DNA of 64,000 nt from positions 6,651 through 70,650 of IMG/VR virus record IMGVR_UViG_3300020112_000486; one strand, 5' to 3'. The position numbers and the translations under genes were made by a program. A model generated the notes under the pieces. It saw nothing but the letters and a program-made list of their open reading frames with translations, made no database searches and was not told where the DNA came from. Source of the DNA: a virus. Taxonomy: Duplodnaviria > Caudoviricetes. The number at the start of each line of letters is the position of its first letter. Position 1 is the stretch's first letter. Positions 1-9,291 of the stretch are shown here, one piece after another.

Positions 1-52
1 TCATTTTAATCTTGAAGATCTGTTCTGACTAATAAATACAAAAAGAGGAAAC

Positions 53-700
53 ATGAGTTTTAGAGATTTTTGTTCTAAGGAAAATTACACAATGCAAACT
101 AACCCAGCAGCTATTAGACGAGTGCCACCTAAGAAACCTGCACCTCAGCCAAAGCGTCCGCCGATGACTGAAAGCAGCGATATCTTGGCTGAATCTCAGG
201 AAATGATTGCTACATTGCAGGAAAAAATCCAGCAGGTATTTTACCGTTTTGGTATGGCAGGGCTTGAACGCCTTGATGAAGCTATCATTGATACATGTCA
301 GCAAATGATGTACCCTGATGGCGTACCGCAGTCAACTCGCCGAGCACCAGCAAAAGCAGCTGCCGCTAAACCAGCAGCAAGACCGCAGCCACAACAGCAG
401 CAACCGCGTCGTCCACAGACTGTCGCAGAAATTGCCGCAGCTGCATTAAGATCTATGCCGCCGATGTACGAAGAAGTCAATACTGCACCAGCAGCTAAAC
501 AGCCAGCACAGCCTACACCAGAAACTGCTGCACCTATGCCGGCTATGGACAGTTCACGCCGTGCATTTAATCCGTTGACTGATATGGCTCCACCTAAGGC
601 ACCGACCCAGACAGATTTTATGGCACAGTTTGCAGGTGAACAGCTGAGCGAAGAAGAACTAGCTATCCTTCAGCAAGGTTTAGCACAGGAAGCAAACTAA
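53..700 (+). CDS. Hypothetical protein, Pro/Ala/Gln-rich low complexity
   Basis: 215-aa ORF with AAGAGG SD and AATAAATA just upstream; no recognisable domain. Confidence 0.6.
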   Translation: MSFRDFCSKENYTMQTNPAAIRRVPPKKPAPQPKRPPMTESSDILAESQEMIATLQEKIQQVFYRFGMAGLERLDEAIIDTCQQMMYPDGVPQSTRRAPAKAAAAKPAARPQPQQQQPRRPQTVAEIAAAALRSMPPMYEEVNTAPAAKQPAQPTPETAAPMPAMDSSRRAFNPLTDMAPPKAPTQTDFMAQFAGEQLSEEELAILQQGLAQEAN

Positions 701-967
701 ATGTCAAAAAATAAACCTAACAAACTTGTAATCAAAGAAAAAGAATATAAAGACCTCGTAATTGTGAATGGGACGATTACCGAGGCACATGCCAATGCGA
801 TGTTCACTGTTGAACTTGACAATGGCGTGGAAGTTAAATTACCTATCTCAGGTAAAATACGAAAGTTCAAGGTTAAGATTACCCCGGGAGATAGGGTTCA
901 GGTTGGCATAAATACATATGATCTAACTAAGGGTCGTATTTTATTTAGGCTCAAAAAGGAAGAATAG
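701..967 (+). CDS. infA: Translation initiation factor IF-1
   Basis: GTITEAHANAMFTVELDNG...ISGKIRKFKVKITPGDRVQV...YDLTKGRILFR aligns by eye along the length of bacterial IF-1. Confidence 0.92.
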   Translation: MSKNKPNKLVIKEKEYKDLVIVNGTITEAHANAMFTVELDNGVEVKLPISGKIRKFKVKITPGDRVQVGINTYDLTKGRILFRLKKEE

Positions 968-969
968 GT

Positions 970-1188
970 ATGATTATTCCACCATATAAGCCGGATCATG
1001 AGTATTCCTATTGGGAGTTAGCAAACAAGCACCCTGAGTATGCGCAAATGCTCGGTAATGCTTGGGCTCCATACGAGGCAAAACCTGACCTCGCAGGTTT
1101 ACCCCCGGAAGTGGTGAAAATGATACCTCAGGAATGCCGCGAAGGCAAACCGAATGACCGTATAGATGCATGGATCTTAACCAAATAA
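970..1188 (+). CDS. Hypothetical protein
   Basis: 72-aa ORF packed between neighbours on the coding strand. Confidence 0.5.
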   Translation: MIIPPYKPDHEYSYWELANKHPEYAQMLGNAWAPYEAKPDLAGLPPEVVKMIPQECREGKPNDRIDAWILTK

Positions 1189-1195
1189 ATACTAT

Positions 1196-1753
1196 ATGGA
1201 AGAAGTGGAAGTAGCTTTAGACTTTTGGAATAAATTGAGCGAAGCGCTTGAAGACGAAAACGGCCTTAGCTGTTTACGCCGCGTGGTAAATAATGCACGT
1301 GTACTGAGCTCAATGATGGAAGCCAATGGCATGCTTACCGAAGCAAATAATCTTGTCAGCACAATGCAGACAATGAATAAGAAGTTGACGATGGCAACGC
1401 ATAATCGTTCGGTTGATAATGTGTTGGTATTCGTATTCCTTAAATCATTGCTTACTTTGCCAACAAGAACTAAAGCATTCCGACTTGGCCTAATTGATAA
1501 AGACGGTCGCCTTATTAAGCAGCCTAAAACAAAGGAAGAACATGACTGCATCTCAAATCTTGACTTGCTTATGTTCAAAATTCGTAAGTGGCTTGCTCCA
1601 AAAATGCAATTCTTAACCACCGTTTCTTGGCTAAAGAGTGCAGGAAACGATGCTCGTGTACAGAACTATTTCTCAAACACAGAAACTGTTTCAAGAACTT
1701 ATATGGTTAATCGCGTAAACAAAGATCTTGAACGAATTTTAGATAAGGGTTAA
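1196..1753 (+). CDS. Conserved T4-like phage protein of unknown function
   Basis: TLPTRTKAFRLGLIDKDGRLIKQPKT...LDLLMFKIRKWL resembles a recurrent T4-like phage family (A-x-x-LG-I/L-ID-x-x-G). Confidence 0.5.
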   Translation: MEEVEVALDFWNKLSEALEDENGLSCLRRVVNNARVLSSMMEANGMLTEANNLVSTMQTMNKKLTMATHNRSVDNVLVFVFLKSLLTLPTRTKAFRLGLIDKDGRLIKQPKTKEEHDCISNLDLLMFKIRKWLAPKMQFLTTVSWLKSAGNDARVQNYFSNTETVSRTYMVNRVNKDLERILDKG

Positions 1754-1755
1754 TT

Positions 1756-1983
1756 ATGGCTTGTCCTGAATGCGAAGCACAGCGTGCCGTTTACGGTTTT
1801 GTGTTAGAAGTTGGCGGAACATACATGACCAAGGTTGAAGAAATCAAGGCATGTTGCCCAGTTGAAGTTGAGGTAACTGAAATTACCACACTGGACGTCA
1901 AATTCACACACAAGGGTAAAACCTATAAAATGAACAAAAAGAAATTTCTTAGCTCAAGCTGGAGAAAATATGAGTCATATTAA
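1756..1983 (+). CDS. Hypothetical protein
   Basis: 75-aa ORF overlapping the next gene. Confidence 0.45.
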   Translation: MACPECEAQRAVYGFVLEVGGTYMTKVEEIKACCPVEVEVTEITTLDVKFTHKGKTYKMNKKKFLSSSWRKYESY

Positions 1984-2458
1984 AATGCAATTAAATGAGG
2001 CAATACAGATTCTTGAGGCTAATGGATTTGGCGCTGAAATTTCAAATAAGCGTTTGAGAAAAATGCTTAATGATGCCGGCTATTCCGATGTGCATCTTAT
2101 CAAAGGCGATGGTTATCTTTATGTAGACGCTGATGATGCACAACATCAGGACTGGTTGAACGCTTTGGACAGCACATCAATTTATCTCAATTCATTTAAT
2201 CAGCAGTCACCTGAAGAATGGTTCCAGGACATTATCATGATGCTTCGTAAAGGCCGTAATGCTTACATTGAAAAGCACCCTGACGGACCTGAAGATGTAA
2301 ATGAAGATTTTGGTATTGGCGTAGGCGGTATGACTGGCGCTGACCAAGGTATTCCAATGGGTGGTGACTGCAAAGCCGTTGTAGCAAAAAGAATGGACGG
2401 TGGAACACCTGCTTGCCGTTTTCGCAGAAGAATCAAGAAAAGAAGAAAAGCTAAGTAA
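1970..2458 (+). CDS. Putative internal head protein: leader tag + copy of the MCP N-arm + basic tail
   Basis: N-terminal LNEAIQILEANGF leader; NEDFGIGVGGMTGADQGIPMGGDCKAV matches the MCP at 62432-62512; ends RFRRRIKKRRKAK. Confidence 0.65.
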   Translation: MSHIKMQLNEAIQILEANGFGAEISNKRLRKMLNDAGYSDVHLIKGDGYLYVDADDAQHQDWLNALDSTSIYLNSFNQQSPEEWFQDIIMMLRKGRNAYIEKHPDGPEDVNEDFGIGVGGMTGADQGIPMGGDCKAVVAKRMDGGTPACRFRRRIKKRRKAK

Positions 2459-2943
2459 TGAACGAAGATTTTGAAAGAACAAGCGAAGTTGTAAACGGCT
2501 ATTTTTATACATACGCTTATAAAGCAACAAGCGCAGATCCAGCATACGATAGACTGCCGTTTATTTACTGCTTAGCCCCACATCCTAAAAGTCAGAATTG
2601 TTTCATTGGCATAAATCTTCACCATTTACCAACCAGTGAACGAATAGATTTTCTTGTTGAACTTGAAAGGCTATATCACATATTGGATAATGAAGAACGA
2701 GCCATTGTAGATATTGATGTTATTAGACGAACGATGCCTTCAGCCAAGCTTGCCTTGCGTGTTTATAACAGAAAAAATGTTAGCCGTTGCTATCGTGTTT
2801 TAAATAAAGCGGTTGGCAGATACATAGACAATGATGGCGATATTTACTTGGCTGAACCATCAACTATTATGAACAAGTATTGGACAAACTATGCTGGCGC
2901 TAAATCCGCCAAATCTCAGGAGCCTGAACAAAAGGAAGAGTAA
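2458..2943 (+). CDS. gp2: DNA end protector protein (T4 gp2-like)
   Basis: GYFYTYAY...YDRLPFIYCL...FIGINLHHLP matches the gp2 pattern (YD.FPL...GLNLHYLP). Confidence 0.75.
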   Translation: MNEDFERTSEVVNGYFYTYAYKATSADPAYDRLPFIYCLAPHPKSQNCFIGINLHHLPTSERIDFLVELERLYHILDNEERAIVDIDVIRRTMPSAKLALRVYNRKNVSRCYRVLNKAVGRYIDNDGDIYLAEPSTIMNKYWTNYAGAKSAKSQEPEQKEE

Positions 2944-2947
2944 TCGT

Positions 2948-3223
2948 TTGAATTACGGCTTAATTTATCATACACTGATTAGCCGCGCACAAACTCGAGA
3001 CGAATACATACCATATACCGAGCAGCATCACATACTGCCTCGGTCAGAAGGTGGATCTAATAAAAAATCAAATAAGGTGGAGCTTACGCCCAAAGAGCAT
3101 CACCTATGCCATTTGTGCTTAATAAGAATGGGCATGTGCTTAAAGTATTGTTTTAGACATTTGAATATCCGCGAGTATTGCGAAATGAAATACCAAGAAA
3201 AGAAAAAGAAGCATCTCATCTGA
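2948..3223 (+). CDS. Short free-standing HNH endonuclease (possibly a truncated remnant)
   Basis: (M)NYGLIYHTLISRA...EQHHILPRSEGGSNKKSNKVELTPKEHHLCH is the HNH homing endonuclease motif; probable TTG start at 2948; no C-terminal DNA-binding domain. Confidence 0.8.
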   Translation: MNYGLIYHTLISRAQTRDEYIPYTEQHHILPRSEGGSNKKSNKVELTPKEHHLCHLCLIRMGMCLKYCFRHLNIREYCEMKYQEKKKKHLI

Positions 3224-3228
3224 TTTTT

Positions 3229-3324
3229 GTTGCGGACAGATAGTTTACCCGCTATTTGCTGTTGCTTCCAACTGCAGCTAACGCAACTTTATAAATATAT
3301 TAGACGTATTTGGAAGATGCGTCT
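3229..3324 (+). promoter_or_regulatory. Hairpin module A + late promoter TATAAATA (3290-3297) + hairpin B
   Basis: GGACA-AGATAG/CTATTT stem, GCTG..CTTCCAA..CAGC, CTAAC, promoter, then stem 3302-3309/3317-3324 with loop TTGGAAG. Confidence 0.65.
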
Positions 3325-3344
3325 TAAAATAAAGCGAGGGTAAG

Positions 3345-4229
3345 ATGACATACAACATCTATAAATGTATTGTATGTGGCAAAGATTGTCACAACATTGG
3401 CAAACATATAGCCAAGCATGGTTTAACACCACAAGAGTATTATGATAAATTTTTAAAAACGGGCAATGAAGGAATCTGTCCCGTTTGTGGTGCGGAAACC
3501 AAATTTAAGAAAATTACACAAGGATATGCAGCATATTGCTGTTTTGAACATTTCCGTATTTCAGATTTAGTTAAAGAACACCGTAAAAACACAAATTTGG
3601 AAAAATTTGGTGTTGAAAATTGTTTTCAGTCGCATGAATGCATGCAAAAGGCTGATGAAACGAAACTGTTAAAATATGGTGATGCAAAATTTAGAAACGA
3701 AGTGAAAATACGAGAAACCTGTTTAACAAAGTATGGTTTTGAAAATCCTGCACAATCTGAAATGGTGAAACAGAAAATAAATGATAGCATGATAAAACAT
3801 TTTGGCTGTCATAACTCGCAGGATCCTGAATGTCGTAAACGCATGCGTACCAGATATACATATGAAAACATAAAATTTGATAGTTCATATGAAATAGCAT
3901 TTTATATCTGGAATAAAGATCATGGCATAAATGTTGAAAGATGCTATGATTCGTTTGAATACGAAGTAAACAGAAAAATACACAAATACTTTCCTGATTT
4001 TAAAATCAATGATTCATATTATGAAATAAAAGGAGAACATTTAATTACACAAGATAGGCAACATTTAATAGATCCACATAAACATAGCATAACTGATGAA
4101 ACAGAAGCCAAAATGCAATGCATTAGAAAAAATAACATTGAAATAGTTGATAAAGACAAAATAATTTTTTATATTAAATATGTTAAGCAAAAATATGGGC
4201 AAAACTATATAAAGCAATTTAAAAAATAA
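3345..4229 (+). CDS. Free-standing homing-endonuclease-like protein (Zn-ribbon, TxLxKYG repeats, PD-(D/E)xK nuclease)
   Basis: CxxC..H..H/CxxCG N-terminus, repeated T.L.K[FY]G, C-terminal FDSSYE...YFPDFKINDSYYEIKG. Confidence 0.75.
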   Translation: MTYNIYKCIVCGKDCHNIGKHIAKHGLTPQEYYDKFLKTGNEGICPVCGAETKFKKITQGYAAYCCFEHFRISDLVKEHRKNTNLEKFGVENCFQSHECMQKADETKLLKYGDAKFRNEVKIRETCLTKYGFENPAQSEMVKQKINDSMIKHFGCHNSQDPECRKRMRTRYTYENIKFDSSYEIAFYIWNKDHGINVERCYDSFEYEVNRKIHKYFPDFKINDSYYEIKGEHLITQDRQHLIDPHKHSITDETEAKMQCIRKNNIEIVDKDKIIFYIKYVKQKYGQNYIKQFKK

Positions 4230-4238
4230 AGGAACAAC

Positions 4239-6122
4239 ATGAGTAAAGCTTATGATGCTAGTGCGATTGACGTACTAAACGGTTTAACCGCAATAAGAAA
4301 GCGCCCTGACATGTATGTAGGCGCTACATCAGGCGACCCTGCTGCTGCGCTATACAGAATCTTGAGGGAAGCTATTGATAATTCTCTTGATGAATACCTT
4401 GGAGGATTTAACAAACAGTTGTATGTCTTTTATAACACACAGACATTTGAAACAACTGTACTTGATAATGGTCGTGGCATTCCGGTAGGTTGGAATGAAA
4501 AGGCTGGCATGGACGCATTAACCGCTGTTGTATCTCAGGTTCATGCTGGCGGTAAATTTGACCACGATGTGTATAAGACATCATCAGGTAAAAACGGCGT
4601 AGGTATCACTGCGCTCAATGCACTTTCTAAACGCTTGCAGGTTTGGTCAAACAACAGCAAGGGCAAAAAGTGGTATACACAGGTTTTTGAAAAGGGTGAA
4701 ATTAAATCAGAAGTTCTTCACAATGATCCGCCTAAGGAATTGAAGAGCTTAATTTCCACCACAGGTACAATTTTAAGATGGACACCTGACCCAACAATTT
4801 TCACAGATAGCTGCCGTCTTGATGTTGCCCGTTTGAAACACGAGCTTCATGACATTCAGTATCTGTGTCCATTCTTGCACATTCATATGATCATTGACGG
4901 TGAAGAAATTGAATTCTTCTCTGAAGATGGACTTGGTGAACTTGTCGCAAAGAATCCGACTGACGATTGCATCTTTTCTTATTCAGATGAATTTACCGAT
5001 GTAGCATTGAATTTTACAAAGGGCGATGGAACAACATTTAAGTCCTATGTGAATATCTGTTACACAAATCTTGGTGGTACACATCTTGATGGTTTGAAGA
5101 AGGCTATCACGAATGTTGTCAAGGATAATTCAAAACAGAAGATTACCAATGACGATATTCTTGAAGGTGTAATTGGTGCCATTCATCATCGCATGGCTGA
5201 ACCTCAATATCAGGGACAGACAAAGAACGAACTTACTAATTCCGAAGTTGAAAAGGAAATCATTGACAAGATGACACCTGCTTTGGAAAAGTTCTTCAAG
5301 AAGAACAAAGATGTTTTGAAGCGTATTGTTGAGTACGCTGAAAAGATGCTTGAACAAAGAAATAAGATGAAGGCATCTAAGGACTTGTTGAAAGGTCTTA
5401 AGACACTTAACGCATCCGCAAACAGAATCTCTGACAAATTCCTTGACGCTGACCGCCGTAAGTTCAAGAATCCAAAGGATTTGGAAATGTTCATTGTTGA
5501 AGGTGACTCCGCAGGCGGTCACTTTAAACAGGCTCGTGAAGGTTTCCAAGGCGAACTTAAGATCCGCGGTAAAATCATTAACGCTGCGAAAGCAAATCCT
5601 GAAGACTTGTTTGGCAAGCCGGGCAAGAAGGACGGAAAAGACGGTAACCGCGAAATCAAGGATCTTGTAGCTGCTTTAGGTTGCGGCGTTGGTGAAAATT
5701 ATGATGAAGCAAAACTTCGCTTCAACAAGGTTATTATTCTATCTGACGCCGATGTTGATGGACAACATATTGCTAACCTTTGTTTGGCATTCTTTATCAA
5801 CTATATGCCGGATCTTGTAAAGAACGGACATGTCTATATCATTGATGCACCGTTGTTTATTGCCACATCTGCAAAGCACAAAGTATTTGGTATGACTCGT
5901 GCTGAAGTTGATAATCAGATGAAGAAACTGAAATGTTCAGATTATACCGTTACACGGCTTAAAGGTTGGGGTGAAACTTCCGCTGAACAGTTGAGTGAAC
6001 TATGTCTAAATCCGAAGACAAGAAAACTCATTCAGATTAAATGGACTGACGCTACTGAAAAGATGTGCGAATCTACAATGGGTGGCGATGTTGCATTCCG
6101 TAAGGAACTGCTCGGAATTTAA
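4239..6122 (+). CDS. Type IIA DNA topoisomerase, ATPase/TOPRIM subunit (GyrB/ParE-like; T4 gp39+60 equivalent)
   Basis: RKRPDMY, EAIDNSLDE, DNGRGIP, HAGGKF, SGKNGVG, VEGDSAGG, DADVDGQHI, RLKGWGE. Confidence 0.95.
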   Translation: MSKAYDASAIDVLNGLTAIRKRPDMYVGATSGDPAAALYRILREAIDNSLDEYLGGFNKQLYVFYNTQTFETTVLDNGRGIPVGWNEKAGMDALTAVVSQVHAGGKFDHDVYKTSSGKNGVGITALNALSKRLQVWSNNSKGKKWYTQVFEKGEIKSEVLHNDPPKELKSLISTTGTILRWTPDPTIFTDSCRLDVARLKHELHDIQYLCPFLHIHMIIDGEEIEFFSEDGLGELVAKNPTDDCIFSYSDEFTDVALNFTKGDGTTFKSYVNICYTNLGGTHLDGLKKAITNVVKDNSKQKITNDDILEGVIGAIHHRMAEPQYQGQTKNELTNSEVEKEIIDKMTPALEKFFKKNKDVLKRIVEYAEKMLEQRNKMKASKDLLKGLKTLNASANRISDKFLDADRRKFKNPKDLEMFIVEGDSAGGHFKQAREGFQGELKIRGKIINAAKANPEDLFGKPGKKDGKDGNREIKDLVAALGCGVGENYDEAKLRFNKVIILSDADVDGQHIANLCLAFFINYMPDLVKNGHVYIIDAPLFIATSAKHKVFGMTRAEVDNQMKKLKCSDYTVTRLKGWGETSAEQLSELCLNPKTRKLIQIKWTDATEKMCESTMGGDVAFRKELLGI

Positions 6123-6131
6123 GGAGTGCTT

Positions 6132-6323
6132 ATGCCTAAGAAGGTAATGGTATTTTACAAGCCGTTGAACTGTTTAAGTAAGCCAGAATTTGATGTAGCC
6201 CACGAAGTTATCATACCTGATAGCTGGAGTGACGCAGTAATCAAAGAATGGTATACGAAAAGACATTCACACATTAACGGTGTTGGGATAAAAGTATTTG
6301 ATGTGACTTACTTAGATAATTGA
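6132..6323 (+). CDS. Hypothetical protein
   Basis: Small ORF with AAGGAG SD; ATG at 6132. Confidence 0.55.
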   Translation: MPKKVMVFYKPLNCLSKPEFDVAHEVIIPDSWSDAVIKEWYTKRHSHINGVGIKVFDVTYLDN

Positions 6324-6348
6324 CAAAGTTAATGTAAGTTAATATATT
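6320..6348 (+). promoter_or_regulatory. Host sigma70-type promoter, likely leaderless transcript
   Basis: TTGACA (6320-6325), 17 nt, TATATT (6343-6348); ATG at 6355 with no SD. Confidence 0.75.
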
Positions 6349-6354
6349 TACTAT

Positions 6355-6729
6355 ATGAACAGAGGTGATTTTATAAGCAAGATCTTACGCCGTTATGCGG
6401 CGTTTTATGACGAAAGACCATGTCCGATTGAATACAGGTCAGTCGCTATGCAATTTAACTGGAGGTGGGATACTTTGTTTGCTAATAAACCGTTGTTTAC
6501 AGCAGACAGTATTTTATATGACTATTCGTCGCTGCTTGACATGGAAGTTAACAGAGAGAACTATGAAAAGTTCTTGCGTGATCCGTGCATGGGTGTCAAA
6601 GCATTTGAAATAAGCAAAGTCTCGTATAGTAAAGCTGAAGAAATCATGCTGCGTAATTTACAAGCACACGAAAGATTTGAAAAGCTACTCGCAAAAGCAG
6701 AAACAATTAAATCAATCATGGAGGAATAA
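6355..6729 (+). CDS. Hypothetical protein
   Basis: 124-aa ORF directly after a sigma70 promoter, translationally coupled to the topoisomerase A subunit. Confidence 0.6.
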   Translation: MNRGDFISKILRRYAAFYDERPCPIEYRSVAMQFNWRWDTLFANKPLFTADSILYDYSSLLDMEVNRENYEKFLRDPCMGVKAFEISKVSYSKAEEIMLRNLQAHERFEKLLAKAETIKSIMEE

Positions 6730-8204
6730 TGGGTATCTCCGATTTTCTTGAAGTAGAAACTGATCCCAATCAAAAGACTGTTGATGCTGACAGCCTTTTA
6801 AAGAAAAACATTTATGATTACGGTATGGATGTTATCTCCGACCGTGCATTGTCTGATTATCGTGACGGTCTAAAGCCTGCACAAAGACGCTTGCTTAAGG
6901 CCGCCGAAGATCTTCATGCAACTTGGAACAATAAGACTGTTAAGTCAGCCCGTATCACAGGTGACTGTATGGGTAAGTATCACCCGCACAGCGCTGCTTA
7001 TGGTTCACTTGCCACAATGGCAACATGTGAATATCCGATCATTCATGGGCAGGGTAACTGGGGATCTTTGACTGATGGACCAGCTGCAGAAAGATATACC
7101 GAAGCGAAGATTTCACAGCTTGGCATGAAGATGCTTGAATGTAATGATGTCGCTGATATGGTTCCAAATTACACAGGTGAATTTATGGAACCTGTTGTCA
7201 TTCCGACTCGTTTTCCAAACTTCTTTGTCAATGAATGTTCAGGTATCGCTGTTGGTTTGTCTGTGAACATTCCGTCACACAACCTTAAGGAAATCGTCGA
7301 AGCGATGAAGGTTGTTGTTAAGAAGGGCCAGGCAACAAAGGTCAAGGATATTATGAAGTATCTGAAAGGACCTGATTACAAGTACGGCGGACATATCATT
7401 TCAACACCAGCTGAAATCGCAGAAGTATATGAAAAGGGTGAAGGCTCAATTAAGTATGAATGCGATTATACATTAAAGCCGGAAAAACGAAATGTACTTT
7501 TGACAGTCACTGGCTATTGTCCTGGCTTCTCGCCTAATGCTTTTATGAAAAAGATGGACGATCTTATTGATGAAAACATCGTCCTGTATGTTAACGATTC
7601 TTCAACCAAAACTGACCCATGTAAGATTGAGGTTTTGATTAAGTCAAAGGAAGACTTTGAAAAGAAGATTCATAAGCAGCTTATCAAAGCAGAATCTTAT
7701 CGCTTCTATGCTATTGAAAGAACAAAGTCTGACGCTGTTGAGAAGGATATTGATACATCTGTCTTGATTCCAAATATGGTTGACCTGATGAATATGTGGG
7801 TTGACTGGAGAAAGGAAATTGAGACTAAAATGTGTAATGTTGAAAAAGGCATTACACAGGACAGGAAAAAGAAAGCAGAATGGCGTCTTCTTGCAAGTAA
7901 GAATTTGAAGGTCATTATGAAGGGACTTGAAAGCGATGATCCCGTTACATACATTGCTGAAAATCTTCCTGGCTTAAAGGGTGAACCTGATGCAATGGAA
8001 GGAGCAAAGTATATCTGTGACCAGCGTGTAATTTCACTGCGTAAGATTGACCAGGAAAAAACTGAACAGGACATCAAGGATCTTCAAACTCACATTAATG
8101 AACTTGACTATGACATCGCACACATTGCTGATGTTGTCATTCGTGAACTTGACAAACTGAAACCGTTCTACCGTGACAGAAAATTGGCAGTCAATAATGA
8201 ATGA
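6729..8204 (+). CDS. Type IIA DNA topoisomerase, breakage-reunion subunit (GyrA/ParC-like; gp52 equivalent), no beta-pinwheel CTD
   Basis: RALSDYRDGLKPAQRR, KSARITGDCMGKYHPH, AAERYTEAK (catalytic Tyr), SGIAVG...IPSHNLKE. Confidence 0.95.
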   Translation: MGISDFLEVETDPNQKTVDADSLLKKNIYDYGMDVISDRALSDYRDGLKPAQRRLLKAAEDLHATWNNKTVKSARITGDCMGKYHPHSAAYGSLATMATCEYPIIHGQGNWGSLTDGPAAERYTEAKISQLGMKMLECNDVADMVPNYTGEFMEPVVIPTRFPNFFVNECSGIAVGLSVNIPSHNLKEIVEAMKVVVKKGQATKVKDIMKYLKGPDYKYGGHIISTPAEIAEVYEKGEGSIKYECDYTLKPEKRNVLLTVTGYCPGFSPNAFMKKMDDLIDENIVLYVNDSSTKTDPCKIEVLIKSKEDFEKKIHKQLIKAESYRFYAIERTKSDAVEKDIDTSVLIPNMVDLMNMWVDWRKEIETKMCNVEKGITQDRKKKAEWRLLASKNLKVIMKGLESDDPVTYIAENLPGLKGEPDAMEGAKYICDQRVISLRKIDQEKTEQDIKDLQTHINELDYDIAHIADVVIRELDKLKPFYRDRKLAVNNE

Positions 8205-9291
8205 GCTAACATTAAAGCCAGCGGTTGAATTTGAACATATAGGGACGAAGTATTGCTTTAATGTAATTGACTCCCTATACATTCAAGCTATACCCTTTGA
8301 GAAATTTGAGAAGGGTTATGCTTGGTTTTCTTGCCCATGCTTTTGCTATGCAAGTATCGTGAAGAAAATTCACGACCAGTATAATGATGTATGTAACTTT
8401 CCGTTAGAGATTCTTAATTCAGAAAAACGAATTGAATTCTTGAAACGAATTATTGAGCGAAAAGACTATAAAGACTGTTGGGGTTGTCCAAAACTTGAAA
8501 TGGCGCCAACAACAGGATTTTGGAATCGTGATGATTTTGAATACGCTTGGGGTGAGACAGGCATTGATATTTGGCGTCAGTATTCAAAGAAGAAACTGAC
8601 CAATCCATTGCCTTACACAATTGTGTTTAATCTTGACTCATCGTGTAACTTGAAATGCAAGACTTGCCGACCCGATTACATTCGTCATACATACGACATT
8701 ACTGAGGAAGACTCAACGCAGCTTATTGAAATGGCTAAGATGGTTCCTCACATTTCCATCGGCGGTGACGGTGAATTTTTCGCTAGTCATAACTATGATG
8801 CTTTGTTGGCAGCTGATTTGACTGAGAATAGTAAGCTCAGATATATAACACTGTATACGAACGGCACACTGATGAATGAAACGAACTGGAACAAAATCAA
8901 TCTTGCCACAAGACAGAAACTTATCAAGGAAATCAAGGTAAGTATGGACGCTGCTTGTGAGGAGACCTATTTGAAGGTTCGCGGTCCGTGGTGGAATCAG
9001 CTAATGAAAAACCTTGACTTCATTCGGCCTATCGCAAAAACATATGGCATTGAAATGTTCACGACATTTACTATAAGCAAGTATAATGTTCAAGATGTTT
9101 CAAAGTTTCATGACTTTGCTAAATCGTTAGGCTTTGACCGCGTAATGTTCCAGTTTGCTCGTGAGATATTCCACCCAGAGCTTGGGGAAGGTGAAGACTT
9201 CATTGTTCCGCCTGACCAGCGAAAGGATATTATGGACTATCTGCTTGAACTTCAAAGACAGGAAGGGCCAACGAAGGTAATCATTGAATGA
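8197..9291 (+). CDS. Radical SAM enzyme
   Basis: LDSSCNLKCKTCRP (CxxxCxxC), GGDGEFF, YTNGTL, VSMDAACEETYLKVRG; extra Cys cluster N-terminally; probable start ATG 8197. Confidence 0.85.
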   Translation: MNELTLKPAVEFEHIGTKYCFNVIDSLYIQAIPFEKFEKGYAWFSCPCFCYASIVKKIHDQYNDVCNFPLEILNSEKRIEFLKRIIERKDYKDCWGCPKLEMAPTTGFWNRDDFEYAWGETGIDIWRQYSKKKLTNPLPYTIVFNLDSSCNLKCKTCRPDYIRHTYDITEEDSTQLIEMAKMVPHISIGGDGEFFASHNYDALLAADLTENSKLRYITLYTNGTLMNETNWNKINLATRQKLIKEIKVSMDAACEETYLKVRGPWWNQLMKNLDFIRPIAKTYGIEMFTTFTISKYNVQDVSKFHDFAKSLGFDRVMFQFAREIFHPELGEGEDFIVPPDQRKDIMDYLLELQRQEGPTKVIIE

